Below are positions 10,232 to 20,163 of a stretch of DNA of 64,000 bases, in pieces. The position numbers and the translations under genes were made by a program. Within the stretch, counting starts at the first letter, position 1. Each line of letters starts with the position of its first letter. The stretch is taken from the NCBI GenBank assembly GCA_965215565.1, contig CBDCDZ010000004.1:3680001-3744000 (forward strand), in the 5' to 3' direction. The notes beneath the pieces are model-generated. The model worked only from the letters and a program-made list of their open reading frames with translations, was not told where the DNA came from and did no database searches. This DNA comes from Trueperaceae bacterium (GTDB taxonomy: Bacteria > Deinococcota > Deinococci > Deinococcales > Trueperaceae).

Positions 10232-10981
10232 ATGAACCTGATAAGCAAGCTCGTCTTTTTCGTGTTCCTGCTTCTAGGAGGTGCAGCCGGGGCGCAAAGC
10301 TGCCAGGCGCTCGAGGAGGCGGGTGCAACCCCCGCATTCGAATATTCGAACCTGAAAGAGATGTCGCTGGGCGACCTGCTCGAGGTTCTCACCTCCCGCG
10401 ACTTACTGGACGAGGGCGAACGCGCCTCTTTCACCTCCGACGGTGAGTTCGACCCGGACACGCTCGTCGGGGCGTCCTGTTTCGGTCCTCTCCTCTTCAC
10501 GCTCAAAGGACAAACCACATTGGTGACATACAACGTAGCCGAAGGGCGCAAGGTTTCGGAAATTGATGGTCTGAGTTATCCCGTTGAGCTGCTACCTGTG
10601 GATGGGGGGCTTTACGCCGCAACCCTGCTCGCGCCGGGCATAGGAACCGCGAGCGCAGTGCTCAACTTGACGGAGGGGCGCGTTCTGTCCGCTCCTGAAT
10701 TCGGCGCGTCCAGCAGCTCGAGCGTCGAACTCACTCTAGCCAACCGGGTGCTGGTTGAGCGCAGCTTGTTAGGTCAGGAGCAACCTTCGTCGGGTCTCGC
10801 TATATACCAAGTCGAAGAGGACGCAGTTCGGGAACTAAGTGCTTGCAGGATAGACGCGCCGCCCGCTGACGACTACGCGGTGTCAAGTCGAGGCGTTTAT
10901 GCACTCACGGAAACTTCGGAGGGCGTCGAGGGCAGGTTGCTCTCTGGGTGTCAGGAGGTGGGTGCTGCCCTGCTGAATTAA
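10232..10981 (+). CDS. Secreted hypothetical protein
   Basis: RBS GGAGGT before ATG 10232; signal peptide MNLISKLVFFVFLLLGGAAGA. Confidence 0.7.
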   Translation: MNLISKLVFFVFLLLGGAAGAQSCQALEEAGATPAFEYSNLKEMSLGDLLEVLTSRDLLDEGERASFTSDGEFDPDTLVGASCFGPLLFTLKGQTTLVTYNVAEGRKVSEIDGLSYPVELLPVDGGLYAATLLAPGIGTASAVLNLTEGRVLSAPEFGASSSSSVELTLANRVLVERSLLGQEQPSSGLAIYQVEEDAVRELSACRIDAPPADDYAVSSRGVYALTETSEGVEGRLLSGCQEVGAALLN

Positions 10982-11166
10982 GGTTCGGGCTCGAAGCGGA
11001 TGCCCCTGTCTCCTGGATAGGGTTCGCGGTGGTCGTGCTCGCCGTCTAAAATTGCATTCGGTATCCGCTCGGGAAAGGCGGCGCAGCGAGCGGAGCCGAA
11101 GTGATGAGTGCAGCGGTTACACAGCGGACTGTAGAAGGTCATGCCCTCCTCGACAATCCTGCTCAT
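10978..11166 (-). CDS. Small Cys/His-rich protein (62 aa), putative metal-binding
   Basis: CNRCTH...CAAFPERIP...[19 protein letters not shown] overlap with the upstream MBL gene. Confidence 0.75.
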   Translation of the reverse strand: MSRIVEEGMTFYSPLCNRCTHHFGSARCAAFPERIPNAILDGEHDHREPYPGDRGIRFEPEP

Positions 11167-12194
11167 GGCAGCGACTCACACGCCACGCCGTCGTTGTTGC
11201 CGTCAAGTCGGTGAGGGTCGCCCGCCCCAGCAGCCTCATAGAACGCTTGCGCCTCAGCTTGGCTCGAGAAGTCCCCACAGTCCCTATCCGGTCCGCTCGG
11301 GTCGTAGGTGAGGCCGCTCGAGGTGGATGTGCTTGGAGCTGAGCTGGTAGCGCTCGGCGCATCAGGCTGAGGCTGCACCTGCTGTACGGGTGACGCCGCG
11401 CTCACTTGATAGGTTCCATCCTCGTTCGCCACGACAACGACCGTCCCTTGCAAATCAGTGCGGTAGATATCAGCGTTCACTGCACTATATAGCCTGAGCG
11501 CCCTTTCTGCCGGGTGATTGTAGGAGTTGTCCAAGCCTGCCGAGATAACCACTGTCTCCGGCTTGAACCGGCTCATCGAAAGCGGCGTGTCTCCGTTCTC
11601 ACTCCCGTGGTGGCTGGCTTTGTACACATCTACGTCCTCGAGCAATTCGGGCACGTTCTCAACCCACCACGCGAACTGCGCCCGCTCCGCGTCACCCGTG
11701 AGCGCGAGCTCGAACGCCCCGTAGGTGAGGACAAGTCCTACCGAGTTGTCGTTGTTACCGAGCGAAGGAATGCCAGGCGGCGGCAAGACTTGTAACGACG
11801 CCTCCCCTAAGCCGATGCGCCGTGCCGTCGGCGGCACCTTGGCGATACCTAGCTCGTTGAGTGCGGCGTCTAAGTCTCTGTAGGCGGCGCTCCCGTAGTC
11901 GAAGCCGTTGTCCAGGAACGCCCTCGGCTGGTACGCCCGCACCACCGCCTCCAAGCCGCCGATGTGGTCGAAGTCGGGGTGGCTGGCGATGACCAAGTCG
12001 AGTGACTTGACCCCGACATCTTGGAGGTACTCGAGTACCTGCGTCTCCCTACGTCCGCCATCATAGAGAACGTTCCTACCGTCGTGGGTGCGGATCAGCA
12101 CGCTGTCCCCTTGCCCGACATCAACGAAGTGGATTTCGAGTTGGGCGGACGCGACGCTCAGCAGGAGCGCCAGGAGGACGGCGAGCCGTTTCAT
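11163..12194 (-). CDS. Secreted ComEC/Rec2-type MBL-fold hydrolase with C-terminal Excalibur domain
   Basis: Signal peptide; [50 protein letters not shown]...[12 protein letters not shown]. Confidence 0.92.
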   Translation of the reverse strand: MKRLAVLLALLLSVASAQLEIHFVDVGQGDSVLIRTHDGRNVLYDGGRRETQVLEYLQDVGVKSLDLVIASHPDFDHIGGLEAVVRAYQPRAFLDNGFDYGSAAYRDLDAALNELGIAKVPPTARRIGLGEASLQVLPPPGIPSLGNNDNSVGLVLTYGAFELALTGDAERAQFAWWVENVPELLEDVDVYKASHHGSENGDTPLSMSRFKPETVVISAGLDNSYNHPAERALRLYSAVNADIYRTDLQGTVVVVANEDGTYQVSAASPVQQVQPQPDAPSATSSAPSTSTSSGLTYDPSGPDRDCGDFSSQAEAQAFYEAAGAGDPHRLDGNNDGVACESLP

Positions 12195-12457
12195 AGCTCG
12201 AGGTCCCCCTCGGGTACGACGGGGCGATCCTCGCGCGACGCCCTAAGTTCCTCAAGGCGTCTTTCCTTCTCCTCTTCGTCGACGGTGAAGCTGATGCGGC
12301 TCGCCTGACCTTGAGACGCGATATCGACTTTGAGGATGTCGCCCTCCTTAGCGTCTTCGGGTAGCCAGTCCCTGGGGACGTTGAAGGTTTGTCTGTCTTC
12401 TCGTTCTAGGGCGACCCAGCCGTTGTCCTCGAAGCGGTCAATGAAAACGTGACGCAT
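12191..12457 (-). CDS. DUF3006 family protein
   Basis: IDRFED..WVALE...[11 protein letters not shown]; leaderless (TACACT 5 nt upstream); ATGA overlap with the MBL gene. Confidence 0.85.
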   Translation of the reverse strand: MRHVFIDRFEDNGWVALEREDRQTFNVPRDWLPEDAKEGDILKVDIASQGQASRISFTVDEEEKERRLEELRASREDRPVVPEGDLEL

Positions 12458-12755
12458 GGCTTAGTGTAGAGGGTTCATAGGAGCAGCGCCATATAACCTT
12501 CTTCATAGTCCCTACGACGAAAGGTTGCCTTTGCAGCGGGGCGTGGTAGAAAAACCCTATGTCCATCGACTCGAGAAAGCGCGTTATCGATCTGAGCAAG
12601 AAAGCCGAGGTCGAGATTCAGAAGAGCGGGCTCGCAGGCAGGAAAGCTCAAGTCGCTTTGAATATCTACATCCCCTTCATGCCCACCGTGCCGAAACCTC
12701 TATACTCGCTTCATATCACAGTCCAAAAGGGCGCTACGCCCGGGGAGGAATTGCT

Positions 12756-13520
12756 ATGGCACTACTCGAGAACAAGGTCGCACTCATCACCGGCGCAGCC
12801 AGCGGCATCGGGCGCGAGATCGCGCTTCTCTACGCCGAGCACGGCGCACACATCGTCGTCGCCGACCTGCAAGCAGAATCTCGCGAAGGCGGGGAGCCGA
12901 CTCACGAACTCTGCGAACAGAAGGGCGTCAGTGCCCGCTACGCCCTATGCGACGTGACCAAGCGAGAGAACCTCGAGAACGCTGTCGGCGCAGCCGAGGA
13001 GTTAGGCGGCGTGGACATCATGGTCAACAACGCGGGCATCTTCCGGCAGCACAACTTTTTAGAGGCGAGCGAAGACGACTTCGAACAGATGATGGCGATT
13101 AACGTCAAGGGCGTCTACTTCGGCGCTCAGGCAGCGGCGAAGCGTATGGTGGAAAAGGGCAAGGGCGTCATCATCAACCTCTCGAGCGTGGCGGGCTTGC
13201 AAGGAACCGCAGGCTTCTCTACCTACTGCGCCTCGAAAGGGGCGGTGCGGCTCCTAACCTACGCTTTAGCAGGCGAACTCGGACCACACGGGGTTCGCGT
13301 CGTCGCGCTGCACCCCGGTCTCATCGCTACCGACATGACCACTGAGGACGTGCCTATCGTCGGTACGGATACGGGCGAGGGCTACTTAGCGCAGATTCCC
13401 CTCAACCGTTGGGGTCAGCCGGAGGACGTGGCGAAGACGGCGCTCTACGCGGCGAGTGACTTAGCGGAGTACGTCACGGGCGCGTCGCTGCTGATCGACG
13501 GGGGGATGCTGCGGGTCTAG
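12756..13520 (+). CDS. SDR family oxidoreductase
   Basis: TGAASGIG, NNAG, YCASK; RBS GGAGG before ATG 12756. Confidence 0.95.
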   Translation: MALLENKVALITGAASGIGREIALLYAEHGAHIVVADLQAESREGGEPTHELCEQKGVSARYALCDVTKRENLENAVGAAEELGGVDIMVNNAGIFRQHNFLEASEDDFEQMMAINVKGVYFGAQAAAKRMVEKGKGVIINLSSVAGLQGTAGFSTYCASKGAVRLLTYALAGELGPHGVRVVALHPGLIATDMTTEDVPIVGTDTGEGYLAQIPLNRWGQPEDVAKTALYAASDLAEYVTGASLLIDGGMLRV

Positions 13521-13631
13521 CCCCAGTCTAGTAGGCGAAGGGTCTTGATGGAATGCTCCGTGGCTTTCAGCTCGAGCCTCCTCGCTGTGCGACGCTGCTT
13601 AGGTGCGATGGGACCGCGTGTGTAGGGGTAG

Positions 13632-14885
13632 CTACAGGCTTGACCGTTTCTCCTCACCAATAAGTAGTGGGTCGTTCGTCTCCTGCATCCACCCTTCGAG
13701 TCGCTCCTGGAGACCTCGAGCCGTCTCAAGCTGGTGCTCGGCAAGGTTACTTTGCTCGTAAGGATCGCTCTCCAAGTCGTAAAGCTCTTCGGCGGCGTTC
13801 GGCAAGTAGGAGCGCTCACCGAGTAGCGCGTCTGCTGAGGGGCTCTCTGCCACGTCGTCAGGTAAGTAAACCTGCGGCTCCGCTTCGAAGTGCCTGATGT
13901 ACTTCCACTTCTTGGTACGGATACCGCGCACCGGCGCGTAGCGGTCGTGCCAAGTCAGCTCACACATGAAGTGGTCACGAACTTCTTGCGTCTCGCCCCG
14001 CAGCAGCGGCAGAAAGCTCCGCCCGGCAAGCGTGGTATCTGCTTCACCGCCCGCCGCCTCGAGCAAGGTCGGCAACAGGTCGATGTTGCATAGCAGCTCG
14101 GCGCAGCGCAACGAGGCGCGAATCTCATCTGTCCAGCGGATGACGCAGGCTGTCTCTAAACCCGCGTCGTAGAGCGTACCCTTAGCTCGCGGAAAGGGGA
14201 CACCGTGATCGGTGGTGAAGATGAGCAGGGTGTTTTTTAAGCCTGCCCGGTCTAAAGCGTCTAAGATTTGCCCTAGCGCTTCGTCAACAGCCTGAATCAT
14301 GCCGTTAAAGGCAGCAACGTCGCGCCGCACCTCCGGCATGTCCGGGAGGTGGAAGGGCACGGCGACCTCCTCGGGGTTATCCGGGGTATACGCGCCCTCG
14401 GCGAGGTTGAAGGGGCGGTGCGCCTCAAAGAAGCCGACGGAGGCGAAGAAGGGCTGCGCTGAATCTCGTGACGTCAAGAACTCGAGCAGCAGCGGCACGA
14501 CTTTCCCCGTGATGTTCGGAGCTTCTGTCGCCACCGCACGGTCATACCCAAGCACCTCCGCACTTTTCGCTTCGTGCTGCAAGCCAAAGAGGTAGGTCTC
14601 GTAGCCTAGCCGCTTCAAGCGGTGCGGCAGAGCACGCTCTGGCTCCTTGAGCTGCCAGCCTAAATGAGCGAGCCCCAACATACCGTTGACGTGGGGGTAC
14701 TGCCCGGTCATCAGGCTCGCCCGGCTCGGGCTGCACTGCGGCGCGGGGCAAAAGAGGTTCTCTAGGAGCGCACCTTCCGAGGCGAGGCGCTCGACGTTGG
14801 GCGTAACTACCTTGTATCCGTAGGGGCTAAAAGCACGCCCCATGTCGTGACCGTGGACGAGCAGGATATTGGGTTTCGTCGTCAC
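13632..14885 (-). CDS. Sulfatase (formylglycine type, sulfamidase/SGSH-like)
   Basis: KPNILL, CSPSRASLMTG, TTDHG, ELYDLESDPYEQ. Confidence 0.92.
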   Translation of the reverse strand: MTTKPNILLVHGHDMGRAFSPYGYKVVTPNVERLASEGALLENLFCPAPQCSPSRASLMTGQYPHVNGMLGLAHLGWQLKEPERALPHRLKRLGYETYLFGLQHEAKSAEVLGYDRAVATEAPNITGKVVPLLLEFLTSRDSAQPFFASVGFFEAHRPFNLAEGAYTPDNPEEVAVPFHLPDMPEVRRDVAAFNGMIQAVDEALGQILDALDRAGLKNTLLIFTTDHGVPFPRAKGTLYDAGLETACVIRWTDEIRASLRCAELLCNIDLLPTLLEAAGGEADTTLAGRSFLPLLRGETQEVRDHFMCELTWHDRYAPVRGIRTKKWKYIRHFEAEPQVYLPDDVAESPSADALLGERSYLPNAAEELYDLESDPYEQSNLAEHQLETARGLQERLEGWMQETNDPLLIGEEKRSSL

Positions 14886-16153
14886 TGCGTGGGTAAGCCT
14901 GTCAGCTCCTCTAAGTCGAGCGCCAGAATCGCGAGCGCATCTTCGGCGTTTTCGTTGCCCATCAGGACGCTGTGAACTGTTGTATAAAACTCCCTCGAGA
15001 CCTGGTTGTACTGCGAGCCCGTGACCGTGGAGGGGCGCGGCACCGCGTTGGTGAAAACGTCGGCGAGCCGCCCGAAGAAAGGATTGACCTCGAGCACCTC
15101 TTCGTCCTCATACAGAGAAGCGATGGTCGGGCTCAAACTCCCCTCGACCGCGCGGTACTTCTGACTTTCTATAGAGGTGAGGTAGAGCGCGACGTCAGCG
15201 GCGACCTCGACGTTCTGGCTGTACTTAGACACCGCGAGCTGTGCGCCCCCTAAGGTCGCTGTAGGCTCGCCGCCCTCTACACCGCCTGCTGGCAGTGACG
15301 CGACCTCGAAGTTACCTGCAATGGCGCTGTCCTCGGCGTTGCCCAAGCTGTAGGCGTAGGGCCAGTTGCGCATGAAGGCGGCGTTACCTGCCTGGAAGAA
15401 GTTGCGGGCATCCTCCTCGGCGAAGCCCGTCACACCTGTAGGCGAAATCGTGCCGACCCAACCCGCCACGCGGCTCAAGATGTCGGCAGCGTTGGAGTTG
15501 TCGATGGTAATGACGCCGTCTGTACTGATGATGCGTCCGCCACCGTTGGAGTGGACCCACTCGAGCGCGTCGCAGGTCAGTCCCTCGTAGGCGTCGCCTT
15601 GCCAAACGAAGCCCGAGAAGTCAGGGTTGTCCTGCCGCTCGCCCTCTTGAATGGTCCGCGCCATCTCTTCCAGTTCAGCCCAGGTCTCGGGCGGACCGTC
15701 GTAACCGTACTCCTCTAAAAGGTCAGTGCGGTAGTAGAGCAGCCCTGCGCCGATTTGCAAAGGCATCGCGGTGAGTGCGCCGTCAACGAGATTGTTCTCG
15801 ATGAACGCCTCGAAGTGTTGGTCGATGACTTCATCTGCGCCGTAGGGGTTGAGGTCGACGACGTGCGGCGCGACGATGCCTGTCCAAATCACGTCCGTTT
15901 GCACGATGTCAACCTCGCTCGATTGCGTTTCGAAGTACTGCAAGTAGAGGGCGAGGCGGTCGTCCGCTTGATCGGGGGTCTGCACGAGGTTGATCGTCAC
16001 ACCTGGGTTAGCCTCCATGTAGCGTTCAGCCAGTGTCTGCGTAATCTCAAACTCTTCGCCGACGGTGACAATCGCAACGGTGATGGTGACATCTTCTTGC
16101 GCCCAGACGGTGCTCACGAATAGAAAAATAGCGAGAGAGATAAAGCGAACCAT
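14882..16153 (-). CDS. ABC transporter sugar-binding protein (trehalose/maltose-type)
   Basis: Signal peptide; DVIW, LYYRTDLL, YEGLTCD, FMRNWPYAY, LGGAQLAV. Confidence 0.9.
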   Translation of the reverse strand: MVRFISLAIFLFVSTVWAQEDVTITVAIVTVGEEFEITQTLAERYMEANPGVTINLVQTPDQADDRLALYLQYFETQSSEVDIVQTDVIWTGIVAPHVVDLNPYGADEVIDQHFEAFIENNLVDGALTAMPLQIGAGLLYYRTDLLEEYGYDGPPETWAELEEMARTIQEGERQDNPDFSGFVWQGDAYEGLTCDALEWVHSNGGGRIISTDGVITIDNSNAADILSRVAGWVGTISPTGVTGFAEEDARNFFQAGNAAFMRNWPYAYSLGNAEDSAIAGNFEVASLPAGGVEGGEPTATLGGAQLAVSKYSQNVEVAADVALYLTSIESQKYRAVEGSLSPTIASLYEDEEVLEVNPFFGRLADVFTNAVPRPSTVTGSQYNQVSREFYTTVHSVLMGNENAEDALAILALDLEELTGLPTQ

Positions 16154-16473
16154 AGTGACCTCTTTTCAGCGCTCCGAGTTGTGTGCTCAAGTTTAGTATA
16201 GCCTGAATAGTGGTGTACCCGCCACAATTACCCTCATCGATGCGCCCTTCGCCTTTCACCTGAACCGGCTCTGCCTAACGGCTTCGGGTGCTCCCGCTCT
16301 GGCTTTCGGAAGCTTCCGAGATATACATTACCGCTAGTAAAGGAGTCTCGCTATCAGCATAAGCGATGACCGTTGCTCGGCTCATGACTGAAGTAGAGGC
16401 GTAGAGGTTACTTCGTTAGCGCATCTAGCGTGGCGAAGAGCCGCCTCGCCTCCTCATAGGAGAGGCCATTATT

Positions 16474-16950
16474 CTACTCACGCAAAAAAGGAACGAGATG
16501 TTCCAAGGTCATGCAGGAAACACCCTTCGCCTTGCGACCTTTGACCTCGCCCGTAAAGACCAGGACTGGCATGACGAACTGTCCTTCTAGGAGGTCGTTG
16601 AGCTTATAAACCTGCCGCCATACCTGCTTGGTTACCTTATCGTTCGGCTTCTTATGCCCATGCGTGTAGAGCCCCTTATGTGTCGCCAGCACCGAGCCGG
16701 TATAGTTCTTCGCCTCGACGACGAAAACGCCTTTAGCCGACGCGACGACATGGTCGAGGTTCTCGCCGCCGATGTCCAGGTCGTGCCAGACGCGCCAGCC
16801 CTCGGGGAGCTTCTTCAGTTCTTTGCCGACCCGACGCTCGCCTTGCATCCCTTTAGAAGCCGCGTGAAAGTCTTTGTCCGAGCCGAAGAACATCGTCTTG
16901 AGCGATTTGCCGATGAGAGTTTTGCCCGCCGTTCCTCTTACGATTGCCAT
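16474..16950 (-). CDS. NERD (nuclease-related) domain protein
   Basis: GMQGERRV...WHDL...NLDHVV..KGVFVVEAKNYTG. Confidence 0.88.
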   Translation of the reverse strand: MAIVRGTAGKTLIGKSLKTMFFGSDKDFHAASKGMQGERRVGKELKKLPEGWRVWHDLDIGGENLDHVVASAKGVFVVEAKNYTGSVLATHKGLYTHGHKKPNDKVTKQVWRQVYKLNDLLEGQFVMPVLVFTGEVKGRKAKGVSCMTLEHLVPFLRE

Positions 16951-17084
16951 ACCACTAAGGGTAGAAGAGGAGAGCTTACGGGATTCTTACACCTACAGCG
17001 CCGAGAGTCGGGCATAGCGCCACAGTTCCCGGCCCGAAGTCCTGCGGTAGACTGCCTATGCTTCATCATCTCCAGGAGGTAAGT

Positions 17085-17843
17085 ATGGGTAGACTCGACA
17101 GCAAAGTAGCGCTCGTCACGGGCGCGGCATCCGGGTTAGGCAAAGCCATCGCCACACGCTTCGCCGAAGAGGGCGCGAAGGTCGTCATCGCCGACGTCGA
17201 CGAGGAGAAAGGACGAGAGGTGGCGGACTCGCTAGCGGACGCCCTCTTCGTTCAGGTAGACGTAACCAAAGCCGACTCGGTCCAAGCGATGGTAGGGGCG
17301 GCGAAAGACCACTACGGACAGCTCGACATCCTGATCAACAACGCCGGCATCGACGGCGAGCAAGCCCCGACCGCCGAAGCGAGCCTGGAGAACTGGCACC
17401 GCGTCATCGACATCAACCTGCACGGCGTCTTCTACGGCATGAAGTACGGCATCGCGGCGATGAAAGAGCGGGGCGAAGGGGGCGTGGTCATCAACATGGG
17501 TTCGACAGCAGGCCTGGTCGGCTTCGGCGACATCCCTCCCTACACAGCGTCTAAAGCCGCCGTCATCCACCTCGCTAAAGCCGCCGCCTTGGAGTACGCC
17601 AAAGACAGTATCCGCTGCTACGCCATCTGCCCGGCAGTGGTCCTCACGCCTTTGGTCGAACACTTCATCGAATCGTCACCCGACCCGGACGAGCGCCGCG
17701 CCATGTTCGAGAACATGAACCCGATGCCGGGTATGGCGAAGCCGGAGGATGTCGCCAACACCGCGCTCTTTCTCGCCTCCTCGGAGGCGCGCTACCTGAC
17801 CGGCGTGGTCGTGCCCGTGGACGGTGGCTACACCGTGCAGTGA
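17085..17843 (+). CDS. SDR family oxidoreductase
   Basis: TGAASGLG, NNAG, YTASK; RBS AGGAGGT. Confidence 0.95.
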   Translation: MGRLDSKVALVTGAASGLGKAIATRFAEEGAKVVIADVDEEKGREVADSLADALFVQVDVTKADSVQAMVGAAKDHYGQLDILINNAGIDGEQAPTAEASLENWHRVIDINLHGVFYGMKYGIAAMKERGEGGVVINMGSTAGLVGFGDIPPYTASKAAVIHLAKAAALEYAKDSIRCYAICPAVVLTPLVEHFIESSPDPDERRAMFENMNPMPGMAKPEDVANTALFLASSEARYLTGVVVPVDGGYTVQ

Positions 17844-17901
17844 GGCGTCTCGAGTGAGGAATGTAAGAACGTCGTAAGGCGCACCTTGCTAGGCTGATCG
17901 G

Positions 17902-19731
17902 ATGGAACGAGAGACGGAGACGACCGCGATGCCGACACCTCACACTTTCCCCGGGCCCGACCCGCATTACCAGGCTACCCTGGCGGCGTTAGCGGAGAGC
18001 CAGGCGCACCTGCACGAAGTTATCGGCTCGGCTGCCATCGTGCTCTACGCCCTGGATAGAGACGGCATCTTCACCCTGTCCGAGGGCAAGGGGCTCGAGG
18101 CGCTCGGGCTCGAGCCGGGTCAGCTCGTCGGTCAATCGGTTTTCGAGGTCTACAAGGACGTACCGCTCATCCTCCGCGACGCGAAGCGGGCGCTGGCGGG
18201 CGAGCGGGTCGTCTCGTTCACCGAGGTAGCCGGGATGGCGTTCGAGTCGCGCTATCTCCCCTACTTCGACGCCGAGGGGCGGGTCGAGCGGGTGGTCGGC
18301 GTGTCTCTGGACGTAACCGAACAGCAGCGGGCGAAAGAGGCGCTGCAAAGGGCGCACGACGAGTTGGAACGGCGTGTCGAGAAGCGCACCGCCGAACTCG
18401 CCGCGCTGAATGCGCAGCTCGCTCACGACGCCTTCCACGACCCCTTGACCGGTCTTCCCAACCGTGCTCTGTTCATGGACCGCCTGGGTCACGCGGTCAA
18501 GCGCAAGCGACGCGAACGCGCACCCGGTTACGCCGTGCTCTTTCTGGACCTGGACGACTTCAAGGTAGTCAACGACTCGCTGGGTCACGCGGCGGGTGAC
18601 GCGCTGCTCATGGAGGTGGGTAAACGCTTAGAGACCTGCTTGCGCCCCGGTGACACGGTCGCCCGCTTGGGCGGCGACGAGTTCGCCGTGCTGCTCGAGA
18701 ACGTGACGGACGACGCGCATTTGGAACAGATCGCGACGCGCATCGGGCGAGCCTTTACCCCCTTTACCTTGGAGGGGCACACGCTCCGCGTCACCCCCAG
18801 TATCGGCGTGGTGTCGAGCGATGTCGGCTATACGGAGGTCGCGGCGCTGCTGCGCGACGCCGACATCGCTATGTACGAGGCGAAAGCACAGGGTAAGGGG
18901 TGCTACGCCCTGTTCGACCCGGCGATGCGTGAGCGTGCGAGGACCCGGCTGACCCTGGAGACCGAACTCCGCAAGGCATTGACAGAGGGCGAACTGCGGG
19001 TCCACTATCAGCCCATCGTCGCCACCCGGACGGGCGACCTCGTCGGGTTGGAGGCGCTCGTGCGTTGGCAGCATCCAGAGCGCGGGATGATCTCGCCCGC
19101 CGACTTCATCCCCTTAGCCGAGGAGACCGGTCTCATCGTCGAGTTGGACCGTTACGTCCTCCAGGAGGCGTGTCGGCAGGTGCGGGCGTGGCAAGAGATA
19201 TATGGACGCGACCTCACCTTGAGCGTCAACCTGTCGGGTCAGCAGTTTACGCATTCAGACCTCGCGCCCTATATCCGGACCGTTCTACAAAACACCGGCT
19301 TGGACGCGCGGCAGCTTCACCTCGAGCTGACCGAGAGCTTGCTCATCGGCGGTTCGGCGCAGGTGAGCGACATTTTGGCGGCGCTACGGGCGCTGGGTGT
19401 CGAGCTCCACTTGGACGACTTCGGCACGGGCTACTCGTCGCTGTCCTATTTGCAGCGCTTCTCGGCGCACACCATCAAAATCGACCGCTCGTTCATCCGC
19501 AACCTGACCGAGAGCCAAGAGAGCGCGACCTTGGTGCGCACTATCATCCTCATGGCGGACGCGCTAGGGATGCAGGTCGTTGCGGAAGGTGTGGAGACCG
19601 AGGCGCAGTTGGCACACCTCAAAGCTCTGAACTGCGATTACATCCAGGGCTATCTGTACGGCAAGCCGCTGAGTGCAGGCGAGGCGGAGGCATACCTAGA
19701 GCAAAGGTTTCCCGAGAGCACGTTCGTGTGA
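17902..19731 (+). CDS. PAS-GGDEF-EAL diguanylate cyclase/phosphodiesterase
   Basis: PAS-like N-terminus; DPLTGLPNR, GGDEF, EALVRW, DDFGTG, AEGVE. Confidence 0.95.
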   Translation: MERETETTAMPTPHTFPGPDPHYQATLAALAESQAHLHEVIGSAAIVLYALDRDGIFTLSEGKGLEALGLEPGQLVGQSVFEVYKDVPLILRDAKRALAGERVVSFTEVAGMAFESRYLPYFDAEGRVERVVGVSLDVTEQQRAKEALQRAHDELERRVEKRTAELAALNAQLAHDAFHDPLTGLPNRALFMDRLGHAVKRKRRERAPGYAVLFLDLDDFKVVNDSLGHAAGDALLMEVGKRLETCLRPGDTVARLGGDEFAVLLENVTDDAHLEQIATRIGRAFTPFTLEGHTLRVTPSIGVVSSDVGYTEVAALLRDADIAMYEAKAQGKGCYALFDPAMRERARTRLTLETELRKALTEGELRVHYQPIVATRTGDLVGLEALVRWQHPERGMISPADFIPLAEETGLIVELDRYVLQEACRQVRAWQEIYGRDLTLSVNLSGQQFTHSDLAPYIRTVLQNTGLDARQLHLELTESLLIGGSAQVSDILAALRALGVELHLDDFGTGYSSLSYLQRFSAHTIKIDRSFIRNLTESQESATLVRTIILMADALGMQVVAEGVETEAQLAHLKALNCDYIQGYLYGKPLSAGEAEAYLEQRFPESTFV

Positions 19732-19773
19732 ACGGTATATCGCTCTAGCCGAACTTTCCACCACGAACAGCGG

Positions 19774-20073
19774 CTACTCCATCTCGGACTTGAACACGCG
19801 CCGTTTGTTTCGCTTCAGCGAGCGCGTTAGCTCCTCTTCGGTAGGGGTTCGCATCAACTCCTCTACAGGCGTTTTCAGAACCGCAGCCAGTTTGAGCAGC
19901 GTGTCCAAGGTCGGGTTGAACTTACCCCGGCCACCCTCGAACTCCTGATAGCGCCTGAGCGATATCTCGGAGCGCTCGGCTACGTCATCTTGGCGCAGCC
20001 GCCGTTTAAGCCGTATCTGCCGCAGCCGCCAGCGTATAACCCGTTTGTAAGCGTCGTTGACATCGTCGGGCAT
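19774..20073 (-). CDS. XRE-family HTH transcriptional regulator
   Basis: LRQIRLKRRLRQDDVAERSEISLRRYQEFEGG..NPTLDTLLKLA. Confidence 0.88.
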   Translation of the reverse strand: MPDDVNDAYKRVIRWRLRQIRLKRRLRQDDVAERSEISLRRYQEFEGGRGKFNPTLDTLLKLAAVLKTPVEELMRTPTEEELTRSLKRNKRRVFKSEME

Positions 20074-20163
20074 CTGCCCATCATGGCGAGCCCTCCTCCA
20101 TCTTTGTACGCCCTTATAGTGCGTGTTGTAGAGTGGGGCAGGTCATGACACATGGGAGGTTTT

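Noticed and set aside
11163..12194. The displaced 3' half of comEC
   Set aside because: It has its own start, signal peptide and DVGQGD motif, and no adjacent transposon end or GCGCC duplication.
12525..12755. N-terminal extension of the SDR and overlapping 132-aa ORF (12559-12957)
   Set aside because: A good RBS precedes ATG 12756; the upstream translations have no recognisable family features.
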